Shown here one piece after another: positions 1 through 34,589 of a stretch of 64,000 nt of DNA. Where the stretch lies: assembly GCF_009914755.1 (NCBI RefSeq), contig NC_060934.1. One strand, written 5' to 3'. The DNA comes from the human T2T-CHM13v2.0 reference genome, Homo sapiens. The notes beneath the pieces were generated by a model, which was not told where the DNA came from, did not search any database, and saw only the letters and a list, made by a program, of their open reading frames with translations. Position 1 is the stretch's first letter; the number at the start of each line of letters is the position of its first letter. The position numbers were made by a program, and so were the translations under genes.

Positions 1-89
1 GCTGCTGCACTCCAGCCTGGGCAACAGAGCAAGATTCTGTCTCAAAAAACAAAAACAAAAACAAAAACAAAACAAAAAAAACCCACTTG

Positions 90-223
90 TAACTGACGTC
101 AATCAGAGTGTATGATAAGGGCAACTTGAATGGATTGTTCCCAGGTGGCCATCCTCAAGCTTTGGGCTTGAATAAACTCTATACTTCACTGTATTTTCTG
201 AGTCTCATTATTTGAGGTTGGCA
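90..223 (+). mobile_element. 3' end of an ERV1-type LTR
   Basis: ...cttgaataaactct...tatttgaggttggca: poly(A) signal and terminal CA typical of MER4-group LTRs. Family not determined. Confidence 0.5.
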
Positions 224-858
224 GTGTCTTATCTTCCCAACCACATTTAAGTTCTTAAAGGCAGAGCTTGTCTTGCAGGATTTTCACAGCCTCCCAGCGC
301 CCATCTCTACATGGCTCTAGTAGAAATTACTATTCTACACTCGTTCGTCACTATTCATCTTTATTCCTCTGGACAGGAATCAGAGGCAGAGCAGGTAATC
401 ATTTTGGGAGTGGTTCTGAGATTCCAAGAGCCTCTCCTCAACCCTAGAATAGCGACAGCTATTCAAATTAAAGCCCTAGAAGCTTGAGTTGAAGGCAGGA
501 GGATACTTCAAAGCATTATTGCCCATTTACATTTGGCTAACTGTCCCGCTGAAGGAATGTCACCTGGGCCTGGCACATTTACAGTTGTCTGGAGAGGAGA
601 TTGACAATTCTCTGGATGTGGCATGAGATCTGGAGGGGAGCCTCTGCGAGGATCTTGAGAGCTGGGGGGCTGAGGCCAGAGGACACTGGGTGCCTGAAAA
701 ACTGGGTACAGGGGAGTGGGGGGAACAGAAAATACCAGAAGAGGGATGGAGGAGGACCAGGCCCATTCAGCTTACCAAGCCAGGGGGTCAGGACTATTCA
801 AATTAGCCCAGAAGCAAAGACGTAAAAAGCCATTAGGCTCACGGAGCTGTGAAAGTCA

Positions 859-1211
<353 letters not shown>

Positions 1212-1255
1212 TTATGAACATAGGCATTAGAGATGCAAATACAGAATAGATTTTA

Positions 1256-1586
<331 letters not shown>

Positions 1587-2317
1587 CTAACTCTTTTAAA
1601 GGCAGAGAAATCCAATCCAAGATTCCAAGGTAAAGGGCCCCCACCTGTCTTACGAAATGGGTCACAGGGACAGCCAAGAAACTGTGTGTTCTACCAATCA
1701 TGTTCCACATTTGAGACATTTAATCAGAAGTAAGAATTTTGACTAAGAACAAAAAAGGCTGAAATAAAAGTTTTTAATAAAAATTTAAGGAATGAGCAGC
1801 AGTATTTATTTAAAGAATATTACATTGCTCGTTAATTTTAAAAAATAAGATAAACCTCAATTACTAGTTAAACATTTACTTTATATCCTTATCTATTTAG
1901 GTACTAAGAAGATCAGTGTGTTTTGCAATGATTTTTTTTATTGATTCCATGATGGCAAACTTAGATAACTTTGATTACTTTTCTTTTGAGGACTTTAATT
2001 CTGACTCTTTGAAGTTGGACTATAATAAAAACAAACCAGAAAAGAAGAAATTTCCACAGTTTATTCCTGAAATTGTTGACCTAAGTAAATGTATGGAATA
2101 AATATATGAAATGCTATGAAATAAATATATTAATACAATGGGTATTGTAAATCTTTCATCTTTGCTGAAAACATTTAATATTTTTTGCACAGAACTTTGC
2201 AGAGAGTTTCACCGTTTGGGACAATCGAGTTCACCAAAAGCAATGCCAGTCCTGGTATTTGGGTCATCAATACGCTCTGTCTTTGTGGCTGTCACATCCT
2301 TAATCGTGGTATAGGAA

Positions 2318-3693
<1,376 letters not shown>

Positions 3694-4261
3694 TCTCTCC
3701 ACTTTTAATTCAATTTTGAACTGTTTCGGCAGGGCTCCTAATTTGCAAAGGGCAGTGCACAGCCTTTTGATTCCAAAGAAAATTAAGGCAATTAAATACA
3801 TTTCAGCTCTGGCCCTCTGAGGCACATGCCGGTGTCAGTCTTGACTGTGGCCAATGCTCTAAGGAACATGTTAGCCAGACCCCAGAGCACCCAGCGTTCA
3901 TACTACAGAGTGCTTGAGAGAGCAGGCTTTGGATTGAGGCAATCCAGAAGTCAAATCCTGACTCTATCGATAATCAGTTAGGTAACCTGAGACCCCAAGC
4001 CTCACTTATCCCATCCTGTAAAAGGGGTTGTTCTAAGGATCACTGACACATGTGACGCTTCTCCAGCTACTTCTAAGCCACCTGGCGGCTCAGTACAAGG
4101 TAGTGTAATTATCTTTATTTACAATGATAAGTGAAGGCCCTTCTCCAAGTCCTCTAGCTTTGAATCTTCCCTCTTCTACAGAGATTCTTATTGAAATCTA
4201 AAGAAATCAAGTACACATACTTAGAAGGCTTTTTAAAAGTGTCTATTTAAAAGGCAATGAT

Positions 4262-9750
<5,489 letters not shown>

Positions 9751-10020
9751 TATTTTAAGCTGAAAGGCCACTGGACTAGATACATGGCAGGAATGGAGGG
9801 CAGGGACCATGCTTTCTTGCTTACCATTGCACCCCCAGGGCCTAGCACAGTGCCAAGAGGGGTTATGTGTCTATTTACAGCCTTGAAAATAAGTACCCGC
9901 ATCAAGAGCCAGCTTGCTTGTGCAGGTGTGGTTGCTAAATATTTCAGCTTCTAAAGACAAGGATAAGGCAAAACATCCCATATCTGTCCTGCCAGGGAGT
10001 TATCCAAACATAGTATTTTC

Positions 10021-10981
<961 letters not shown>

Positions 10982-12022
10982 TCAAAATCAGCTGTGGATC
11001 CTTTTACATGGGTTTGTTCTCCATAAGCACATGGAATCTTGCCACTTGGAAGACAGAGATATAGAGACTGCCAAAACACAGTTAAGGTGGTTATAATTCA
11101 GCTTATTTTAGAAAACCATGATGGAAGCTCATGGCTTTATAAGTGAAAAGAACCAGTTATGGTTCAACTAAAAAAAAAAAAAACAAGTAACTCTGGTACT
11201 TTGAACTTGCCTTGGTAATATTATTGACTTATTTATGAGTAATGTTTTACCACTGTTTATACTCTGGGAGGTATAAGTGTCTGGGAGGACTTTTCTTTTT
11301 AAAAAATTACATTTTTTATTCTTTATAGAGATGGGGTTTCACCATGTTGCCCAGGCTGGTCTCAAACTCCTGGCCTCAAGCGATGCCCCACCCCCCAACT
11401 CCCAGTCTCGGCCTCCTAAAATGCAGGACTTACAGGCGTGAGCCACCAAGCTGGGCCCCTGGAAAAACTTTTCTAAAATACACACCAGATCTGTATAGAA
11501 CAAGCATGGCAAAGGAGGAATTAGTAACACAGGGTTCTTTCTTTCCAGCCTGAATCCCAAATGACGTCAGTGCAAAGGGCAGGGTTTCTTTGTACAGAAA
11601 CAGCTGACAAGAAAGCCATGGAATTTTCTGCACTTCACTGTACCAACCACCACCTGTCTGTGACCTCCATCTACCTGAGCTCCCCTCGCCAATACCAAGC
11701 CAGGGTCTTCTGCTGTACTCCCAGAGCCCAGGGTAGCACCTGGCACACAGTTGGTGCCCAATAAATGTGCAAAAGAAGAGAGGATGGAAACTTTAGATCA
11801 TATATTTATTTTGATTTCCTTTTTTTTAAATCACATGTACCATGTAGATTTACAATTATTATGCATCAATTTAGAACAATTGTTTTAAGCTGAAAGGCCA
11901 CTGGATTAGATACATGGCAGGAATGGAGGGCAGGGATCAGGCCTTCTTGCTCACCATTGCACCCCCAGGGCCTAGCACAGTGCCTGACACAGCAAACCAA
12001 GAGGGGTTATGTGGCTGTTTAC

Positions 12023-12316
12023 TTTTTTTTTTTTTTTTGAGATGGAGTCTTGCTCTGTTGCCCAGGCTGGAGTGCAATGGCGCAATCTTGACTCACTGCA
12101 AACTTCGCCTCCTGGGTTCAAGTGATTATCTCACCTCAGCCTCCTGAGTAGCTGGGATTACAGGTGTCACTACATCCAGCTAATTTTTGTATTTTCAGTA
12201 GAGACAGGGTTTCACCATGTTGGCCATGCTGGTCTTGAACTCCTGACCTCAAGTGATCCGCCGGCCTCAGCCTCCCAAAATGCCAGGATTACAGGCATGA
12301 GTCACTGTGCCTGGCC
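12023..12316 (-). mobile_element. AluS (part of a chimeric insertion, see findings)
   Basis: Antisense full-length Alu; its 5' flank begins with the TSD catatatttatttt. Confidence 0.9.
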
Positions 12317-12369
12317 CATATATTTATTTTAATATACAAAAGAAATGGAGGGAGGATATAAATGTTTTG

Positions 12370-14880
<2,511 letters not shown>

Positions 14881-14887
14881 AAGGCAG

Positions 14888-20876
<5,989 letters not shown>

Positions 20877-21454
20877 TTATTACTATAAAGATAAGCATAC
20901 TAAATTAATTTCTGCCCATAAATTGGATTGTGGTTCTCTCAATATAAGAAACGCTCTCTAGTCACTCCTATAAATACAGCTCCTCGGCTATGTGGTTTCA
21001 AACAGGGATCTAAAATGGTAATATTTAACATCAGAAATCTATGACCAGCAGATGGCCAAAGTCTGAAAAGTTACCTACCAGGCTGTTTTGGGGTATTAAG
21101 AACTTGTAAGGTTAAGGCTAAGAGTTAATGTCCTAGAAATCTAATAGGTTGGTGTTGATATAATTAGCAGCCACTAATTCAGATTCTGTGAAGATGTTTT
21201 GCTTCTGCAAGAAAATGGCCTGAAATGTGTGTCTGTATATCCTGCGTGCAAATGTAGCCACTCTGGGTATATCTAGCTTGGGTCTGAAATGGCTGAAGAA
21301 AGGAGTGTTAGTGTAGAAATATTCCCTATTTAGGGATTATTGGGAGAAGGAGAGATACATACATACTTTATAATTACCTTCTGATAATTATAAACTTATT
21401 ATTTGAAAGCATTGCTAATAGAGAACAAGGAATAATGAGACAAGAAATAAAAAT

Positions 21455-23643
21455 AAATTTACTACAAAAAGAATTTATTAGACAAACACACCAATAGATT
21501 GAGTCTAAGGATTTGGTTGGAAAGCCACTGGGCCTTTTAAAGCAGCAGAAGTCCAAAGTCACACGCTTCAAGCATTACTCTGCAATGATCTGTGGAAACC
21601 AGAAGGGTCAGGAATTACAGCACCGTGCTGGGCCACGAACAGATCAGCCTCCCACCTCTCTCCCTATTCCCTCTCTTCTACTGAAGTCCATGATTCTGGT
21701 ACCTGAGAAGACTGGAATGAAATGTTTCCCATTTATTACAGAATTCAGCTTCTTTGTTACAGAGGAATTGTCACATTTGAATTGTCTGTTTAATATGGGA
21801 TATTGCTTTTGAGAAACCAACAAATAGTTATTAAAGGAGTGTTTACCGAAGTGTAAGGTGAATATTATCTAGTAGAGTAACTGCATTTTTAATCTCATCT
21901 GGCACCAACTGTCTTTTAGAAAGTTACAATGTGTTGTTTGGGGGACATTCTTCTTTAGAAGGAAAAGAGTCTAATTAGTGGATATTAAGTAATTAAATAA
22001 TACATACTATCAAATATTATGAGAGTCACATGAACCATGAAGTCTTCACTTAATTTAGGAGAAATGGGGAATATTTTCTATCATTCCTGATAACAGAACT
22101 AGATATTTCAAGATCATAGTCATGGAATGTAATCCATAATACCAAACAGGGTGCTTTACTTTGAAGCCATTGACCATTAAATTTGATTGTTAGTAGCACA
22201 GGCTACCAAAAAATAGCAAGGAATATGGTATCCACACAGATCTCGGCTGGCCTCAAGTAATCAAAAGTGAGAATGAAACATACATGACACAACTGGGGAC
22301 CTCTGGGTTTCTGAGACGTGGGCTACAAGATTATATTAGGTAGAAAACTAAAGGAAATGTATTCCAAGCAAAAGTGGCAAGGGAATTTCACAGAACTAAT
22401 TTTTTAAGGGAGGTAATAAAAGCAGCAGTTAAAATGCATGTCCATGTATCAGATTCCTGGAGGTGAATCCATTAGGAATATGACGGCTCTTCACACCCAA
22501 GTATTGCTTTCATGGGCCCTTACAATCTCTGCTTGTTCACCACCATAAAGAGTCTGTTTGTAACAAGAATTGTTTTCAAGTCAGAATCCTAGACGAAGAT
22601 CTAAAAATGTTGAGTTTGTGCTTTTAAAAAACAGTCCAGTCCAACTGTCCACATGTAGTGTGTGCTGATGGAGCTAGCTCTTCCCCATCCTGGCTCACTA
22701 TTGGGAGCCCAGGAATCCCTGGGACAGGCAGATAAGCCAGGACTGAAGTTTTAAAGTATCAACTACTGCAAATCAAAGTAGGCAGCCTCATGCATAGACT
22801 TCATGATATTAGTTGAGCCATCGCTGCCTTCATTATCATTTTTATGCCTTTGGGGTCACTGTGTGGTTTGGTCCAGGCTGTTCTCAAAACCTGCAGTGCA
22901 ACAGACCCGTGTCTACTTTAGCAGGTGAGTCTAGCTGCAAATCAGTCACCTTTCCTACCACAAACTTCTGGCCTACTCCAAAAACCAAGGTACCCCCTCT
23001 CTCAGGAATAGCCTGGGGAGGTTATTTGGAACAAGTATTGTGTTCCAGTCCGAATCTTAAGTAAAGATCTAGAAATGTGGAGTTTTATGCATTTTAAAAA
23101 TAGTCCGTTTCAGAGCGGCCGTCTGTGCTCCAGGACCAAGCTCTCCCCAGCCTCGTTCAGGATTTGGAAGAACTCTCTGGGTTTGGGCTGAACCATCGAG
23201 CACGAGGAGGGGAAGCTGTCAGTTGTGAACAGAGACTGTTTCTCACCCTCTGATGAGCCAGCACCTTTAAAGGTTCCATCCTAGCCGCCAGCAGCTGGCA
23301 GCCAGGGCGTCTCTGCTCCCTGTATTTCCCTCCTGGCATCTTGGTTAGCCCCGCGCCGAACACCCAGACCCTCAAAAACTAGCCCCTGAACTGAATTAAA
23401 CCTGACCCAAAGTGAACAGCAAGGTCCAGAAACGGCAAGGCTTGAGGTCAGCCTCCGTCCCCGGACACTTTGAAGGACGGCAGATCCCTGACCCCTTGGT
23501 GGCCCGCGAGGATCGCGGGTGCGCGCGGCGGGCAGGGGTGCGCTGACACCCGCGCACCTGCACCCCCGGTGGAGGAGCCGAGGGCACACGACGATGCCAA
23601 TCCCTCGTGAATCCCGCGAAAGAGGGGCCAGGGGGCTCCGGAT
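21455..23643 (-). other. NKX1-2: Probable NKX1-2 3' UTR (~2.2 kb)
   Basis: Alu-free sequence downstream of the stop, ending near a minus-strand AATAAA followed by a U-rich tract. The end point is inferred. Confidence 0.6.
21474..21479 (-). terminator. Candidate polyadenylation signal AATAAA for NKX1-2
   Basis: Plus-strand tttatt at 21474-21479. Downstream on the minus strand lies a U/GU-rich element (tttatttttatttcttgtctc). Confidence 0.6.
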
Positions 23644-26374
<2,731 letters not shown>

Positions 26375-26779
26375 CTATCAGGCGCTGTGCCGCGGCCGCT
26401 TGCCTGGGCTCGGGGAAGCCTCCGCGCGCCCGGTGCGCGCGACCGCGGGGACAGTGTTGTCGTCTCCGCGCGCCTCCGCCCAACCCTCTGGGACTCTCCG
26501 AGGGCGCGAGGGAGGCTTCCATCCCGGGGATCCCTCACCCCGACACACACACCTCTGTGACTTGAGTTTGTTCCCTTTCTCCGGTGCACCCGCCTTAGAC
26601 TTGGGGATGCAACTGAGGCCAGGACTGCTTACTCCCAGGCAATGCTCAGCGCATCTCCTTCCCCGCCAGTGAATTACTGTAATAGCTTCAGACCCGGTTA
26701 CCTCGGAGGTAAAATCCCTCACGTTCTCACAGTTTAGCGTTCACAAAGCCCTGAGGCTTGCACGATCTCTTTTGATTAT

Positions 26780-26930
26780 TTGAGCATCCCTGTGAGATGG
26801 GCGTCACGTGGCACAGACCACTGTCCCCGTTTTAAAGATGAGGAAATCGAGGTTCAAAGGTAAGAAAAGATTTCCCCAGGGTCACTGTGAGTTGGTGACA
26901 GAGTCTGGGTTTGGACCTCGGTCTTCTACT
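26780..26930 (-). mobile_element. Degenerate MIR
   Basis: ccccgttttaaagatgaggaaatcgaggttca...cagggtcactgtgagttggtgacagagtctggg is MIR core. Confidence 0.6.
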
Positions 26931-28124
26931 GGACCAGTCAGTGCTTTTTTAGTACATCCTGCTGTCTCAGAAACGGAGGGAGAAAATCCCGGACTCTCAG
27001 TCTTTTGCTTCCACTCCAAAGCCAAGCCAGAGGCCAGCAAGAGGTTTGGAGAGGTGGTGAGCCCCCACCGGGATTCCAGCCGCTTTGGAAACCTTGGTGG
27101 CTTCAGGCACAGAGCCAAGTGAGATGGCTGAGGGTGTCTGCCCTGGTTTGCTGTGACCCGGAGCACAGCCCTCAATGGACAAACGTCAGGCCTTCTCCAG
27201 AGTCACAAATTCGATCATTTGCAACAGAAATTGGATCTGAGAATTAGGTTGCATCTCTGACCCCCATTCCCTCTCAGCCCCAGAAGCAGAAGATTCAGAA
27301 ATGCCTGTCTGGTTTGAATTTAAGGTCCGAGAAGAGAGACAGTTGAAATGGCCCTCATCTGCCCCACCAAGTCCCCTGGGAAAGTGATCACCAGTGGTCG
27401 GAGAAGCTTCCACTGGCCACACCAATCCTGAATTTCTTCTTTTGTCTCTTGGAAAGCACACAGCAGTCTGTGAGCACTAAGCATTTGTTTCAGGCAAATT
27501 CTGAGGCTTCTCCTAGTGTTTGGCCCAGAACCACCTCTGACTCTGCCGTTCCTTTCTTCTCCGCCCCATAGGGTTTCCAAACAATGACTTGGCAATTAAT
27601 ATTGTCTGAGCAGGTAAGGAGTAGGAAGAGGAGGAGAAACCTTCTCATTAAAGTGCTGGGGGCTGCTAATCCCATCTGTTATTGAAGAGGCATCCTTAGA
27701 AGCCAGCTCCTTGTAGCTTTTCTCATTCAAACCTTGCTGCCCCTCCCAGAGGTGGTCACTGTATTCCCTGCGGACTTTAAAGCCTGCGGAAATCAAGCCA
27801 GCTCCAGTCCTAAAGTGAAGACGGATTGTGCTTTTAAAGCTCAGGAAAGGAAGTGCCCTTCCCAAGTCCACTGGACCACCTCCCATCGAAGGGAATGTGA
27901 AAATCCCAAAGAAAAGATGGCCCTGAAACTAAAAAGTGGCGCCCGACAACCTGGACTGCAAATCACAGAGCCTTCCTGAAATACAGATAGGGTACTTTGT
28001 TTTCTGTTTTGATAATGCTTTCTCACCCAGTTCTCGATTTTTTTTTCTAATCTTCCTTTTTGTTTCTCCCCCTTCACCCTTTTGATCCTAGCCGCCCCTT
28101 CTACATTTTCCCACCATGTTTACT

Positions 28125-28419
28125 TTTTTTTTTTTTGAGACAGAGTCTCTCTGTCACCCAGGCTGGAGTGCAGTGGCGCGATCTTGGCTCACTGTGCAAC
28201 CTCTGCCTCCTGGGTTCAAGCAATTCTCCTGCCTCAGCCTCCCAAGTAGCTGGGATTATAGGTGCGCGCCACTGTGCCCGGCTAATTTTTGTATTATTAG
28301 TAGATACAGGTTTTCACCATGTTGGCCAGGCTGGTCTCAAACTCATGATCTCAAGTGATCCGCCCACCTTGGGTTCTCAAAGTGCTGAGATTACAGGCAT
28401 GAGCCATCGTGCCTGGCCC
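28125..28419 (-). mobile_element. AluS
   Basis: Alu consensus. Confidence 0.9.
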
Positions 28420-28704
28420 ATGTTTATATTTTTAAATGCTGAGGTTCTCAGGATAGCTAGGAATAGGTTTCCTTAAGTTAGCCCCAGATGGAAGTATGTG
28501 GCCTCCCACTGTCCCTCTTATTCATTCTCCTATGAGAAACCTTGAGACTCTTTATTTTCACAGGATGGTGGGCATTCCAGGGGCCACCCTATACCCCAAA
28601 CCAGAGGGACAAGGGAGGCCCAGACAGCCAAGAGTAACCCAATCCCGGATCATTTCCACTGTACTCCATAGATTACCTCAAAAAATTTTGTTTAAATGAT
28701 ATGA

Positions 28705-29840
<1,136 letters not shown>

Positions 29841-31247
29841 TAATGTGAATGCTCATGCTTAGTACTTGGCTGCAGGCAATAGATGGCACACAAGAAACTT
29901 CGCTGGGTCTCCCATCAACACTGAAGGGATAGAAATGCCCTCTCTTACTCATCCAACTTAAAGAGAAACCTGCTAACCAAAGAACAGGATACTTTCTTCA
30001 ACGTGGGGGATAGTGGAGGAGGAGGTCCTAGGTAATTTTTTTTTCTGGCCACCTGTTTTGTAAAAGACCAGGAGGCAGTGAGCATCCTTTTCAGTACAAC
30101 TTGGCCATGTGTTTGGCTCACTAACATCCTCACATGTGTATTTATACCCACGCTATTCCTATATAACATATCCAGATCCAGCAAGCCACCTTCCCTCTGT
30201 GCATAGAGTTGATTTTTTTTTTTTCAGCCTGGGCATTAAAATTCCGCCTGAGTGCTATCTTTAAATTGCTTTGATGCTAGGTGGGTTCCAACCCTGACCT
30301 GTCCTGATAGCAAGTGATGCCTGTAACAAGCTCGGGATCAATATTCATAGCGGGTGTCCTGGGCTGATAACACTATCCAAGACAATGTTCACTATCCGTG
30401 CAGACAGCTGAGATATTGCACCATTAGGGATGTTGTGTTAAATAACCTGATCCATTTCTGGGGCTATTTAATGAATTTCACAGTTTAGATAGTATCTTTA
30501 AGGAGAAGGCAAAGGCTATTCCGGAGGCACTGATGCAAATCAATGGTGCCAAGCTTCCTAAGGTATTCCACAAACAAAGGTGCCTATAATTCCAGCACAG
30601 CCTTGAAGAGCCGCTGAGTGCCATGAATAGTGTTAACAATGGAAAGAATTTGCAGTTTATGCAGAGGGAGTGGGGGGGAGGGGGCAATATTATGAGCCGT
30701 GTTAAAGCATTTTAGATAAAATCTTATGTTCCTAAAGTAAAATGCAACTGAAATTCTCCAGGTAAAACCCTGCGTTTTGAGCCAGCCCCCAGGGTAGGAT
30801 ATATGTGCCAAAGAGACAGCTTCATAAGACACAGCTTGATGACAAAGAGGGACACCTCAACTGCCAGACAGCCTGTGGGTAACCCCTTTTCCCAGTACCT
30901 CAGCCACCTTCCCCAAGATGTGCTTCTTCTACTCAAATTGGTCTGTAATATGGGAGAGGGTAAGCACTAGGTTTTAGAAGGAAGCCACAGATAGCAGAAT
31001 CCATTGTTTGTTTACTGGACTCTATCTCCCTTGGTGCTGGAGAGGTCATTTACAATTAAAGGCTAGCATTTACCATTTCCCACCAGAGCTTTGAACTCTG
31101 GCTGCCAAGCACAGCAAGTATTCCCCCCGGCAAAAAAAAAAAAAAAAAAAAACACCTCATAGACTAACTTGTGAAAGCTGAGTTGAAAATATAGCCTTCC
31201 CACCTGACCCCAAACCAAAGTTAAAAAAAATCAACTCCCTCATCTTA

Positions 31248-31710
<463 letters not shown>

Positions 31711-32877
31711 CAAGTGCAGAGCAGAGCGGAGAAGCCACGAGAGACAGGCAGACAGGTGGGTTCCAGCTGCTGCCACTGTTGCTGACTTCTTCCTGATGCT
31801 GGTTGTTCCATTCCGGGTTCCCTGGGAGCCTCACTGCATCCCTACAATACTATTTCTTCTTGAGGGCTTCCCTGACTTACCCCAAGCGGACTGGAGCACT
31901 CCTTCCCACATTGTTTCTGGGGCACGCTGCCATCATAGCCCTTGATGGACATCTCTTGGTTTTGCCTGATCTGAGGATCCACTCCCCCTTTTCTGGTGTC
32001 TGTAGCTGATTTTGATGAGATCCCCCTGGGCCCCCACCCTTGTATGTGGTAGTGATGGGACTGCCAATCAGGCCCCCCAACCTTCTTCTGGCCGGGAGGT
32101 AAGAGTGAGCCCCTGCAGTAGAGTCCTACTGGCCTCTCTCCCGGGAGTATCTGAAGCAGAGTGACACCGCTTCATTGTGGCAGTGGTGCCCAAAACTAAA
32201 TAATCTGTTATTTCCCACTCTTGACGCTGATGGTTCCAGTACTTGCCCAGGTCTGGTTGTTCAGCATTTCCTTTGATTTTGTAAATTGCCTACACTCTTC
32301 CCAACCTTCTCTTCCCCTCTGCATTTTGGAATTCAATTAGCCAGAGTCAAGGAACCCTGACAGGCACAGCCTTTATCACACTGCCTGGCATACAGATTCT
32401 GGTCCTTGGATTGTCTTAAAGTCAGGGAGGGCAGAGCGTGCATCCATGTGCCCACCAGTACCTTGGTGTTCGGTAGGTTGAAGAGTCGAAAGCAATAAAT
32501 GGTGGCCCAGTAACACAAACCCAAAGCTCCACAGTTTGACTAAGATGGATTGGAAACCCATGAGAGACCATATAGGCTGAAGACAAAAATCGGATCAAGA
32601 AATATTTAGGTACGGATATAGGTTCATAAAGGGTCTGACTCCAATGCTGAGCATCTGTGGAACAAGCTTATGTTTTTATTCAGGTCATCCATGCTGGGTA
32701 CCATGCTTTTCATAAAGAAAAATGCAGGGGCCAGGCACAGTGGTTCACACCTATAATCTCTGCACTTTGGGAGGCTGAGGCGAGAGGATACTTGAGCCCA
32801 GGAGTTTGAGGCTGCAGTGAGCTATGAGTCATGCCACTGCACTCCAGTCTGGGTCATAGTACAAGACCCTGTCTCAG

Positions 32878-32938
32878 AAAGGAAGGAAGGAAGGAAGGAA
32901 GAAAGGAAGGAAGGAAGGAAGGGAGGAAGGGAAGGGAA
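32878..32938. repeat. (GGAA)n microsatellite
   Basis: Direct reading; tail of an Alu monomer at ~32728-32877. Confidence 0.85.
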
Positions 32939-33009
32939 CAGAAAATAAAAATGCAGGCGTAGAACCACCATGAATTTAACCCCGTGTGGTGTTTCTGACA
33001 CTGGTATAC

Positions 33010-33340
33010 TTGTTGCGGTATCTAGCCTCAAAAAATGGCCATGCCTAATCAACCATGCTGCTTAGTGCTCATGCCCCTGTGTCATCCACTCCCACACTGA
33101 GCCTGGCCTGGCCCTGGGTGACCAGTACAACATGGCTGAAGTGACTCTGTGACTTCCAAAGCTAAATCACAGGAAGCCCTGCAGCCTCCACTTTGTTCCC
33201 TGGGAACACTTGCCCTGGAGACATTTCCTCTTTGACTCTTGCTGTCATGCTGTGAGATACACAAGCCACATGCAGAGGCCATGTGTAGGACTCCAGAAAA
33301 TAGCCCACATCAACTGACAGCCATCTTCCAGGTTCCTAGG
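33010..33340 (+). mobile_element. MaLR LTR (MLT1 family)
   Basis: ggctgaagtgactctgtgacttccaaagcta...gctgtcatgctgtgagatacacaagccacatgcagaggccatgtgtagg. Confidence 0.6.
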
Positions 33341-33420
33341 GCCACCCAGACCTCCTGAATCTAAACCTGTTTTAAAAAGCCTTCCAGGTGATTCTAATGC
33401 ACATTAAAGTTTGAGAAGCA

Positions 33421-33422
33421 TT

Positions 33423-33474
<52 letters not shown>

Positions 33475-33490
33475 TCCTTCTTTCTTTCTC

Positions 33491-33536
<46 letters not shown>

Positions 33537-33554
33537 CCTCCCTCCCTTCTTCTC

Positions 33555-33587
<33 letters not shown>
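33421..33587. repeat. (TTTC)n/(TC)n compound microsatellite in an Alu tail
   Basis: Direct reading. The Alu plus tail is flanked by TSD tgagaagcatttct. Confidence 0.9.
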
Positions 33588-34581
<994 letters not shown>

Positions 34582-34589
34582 TGCGCCCT

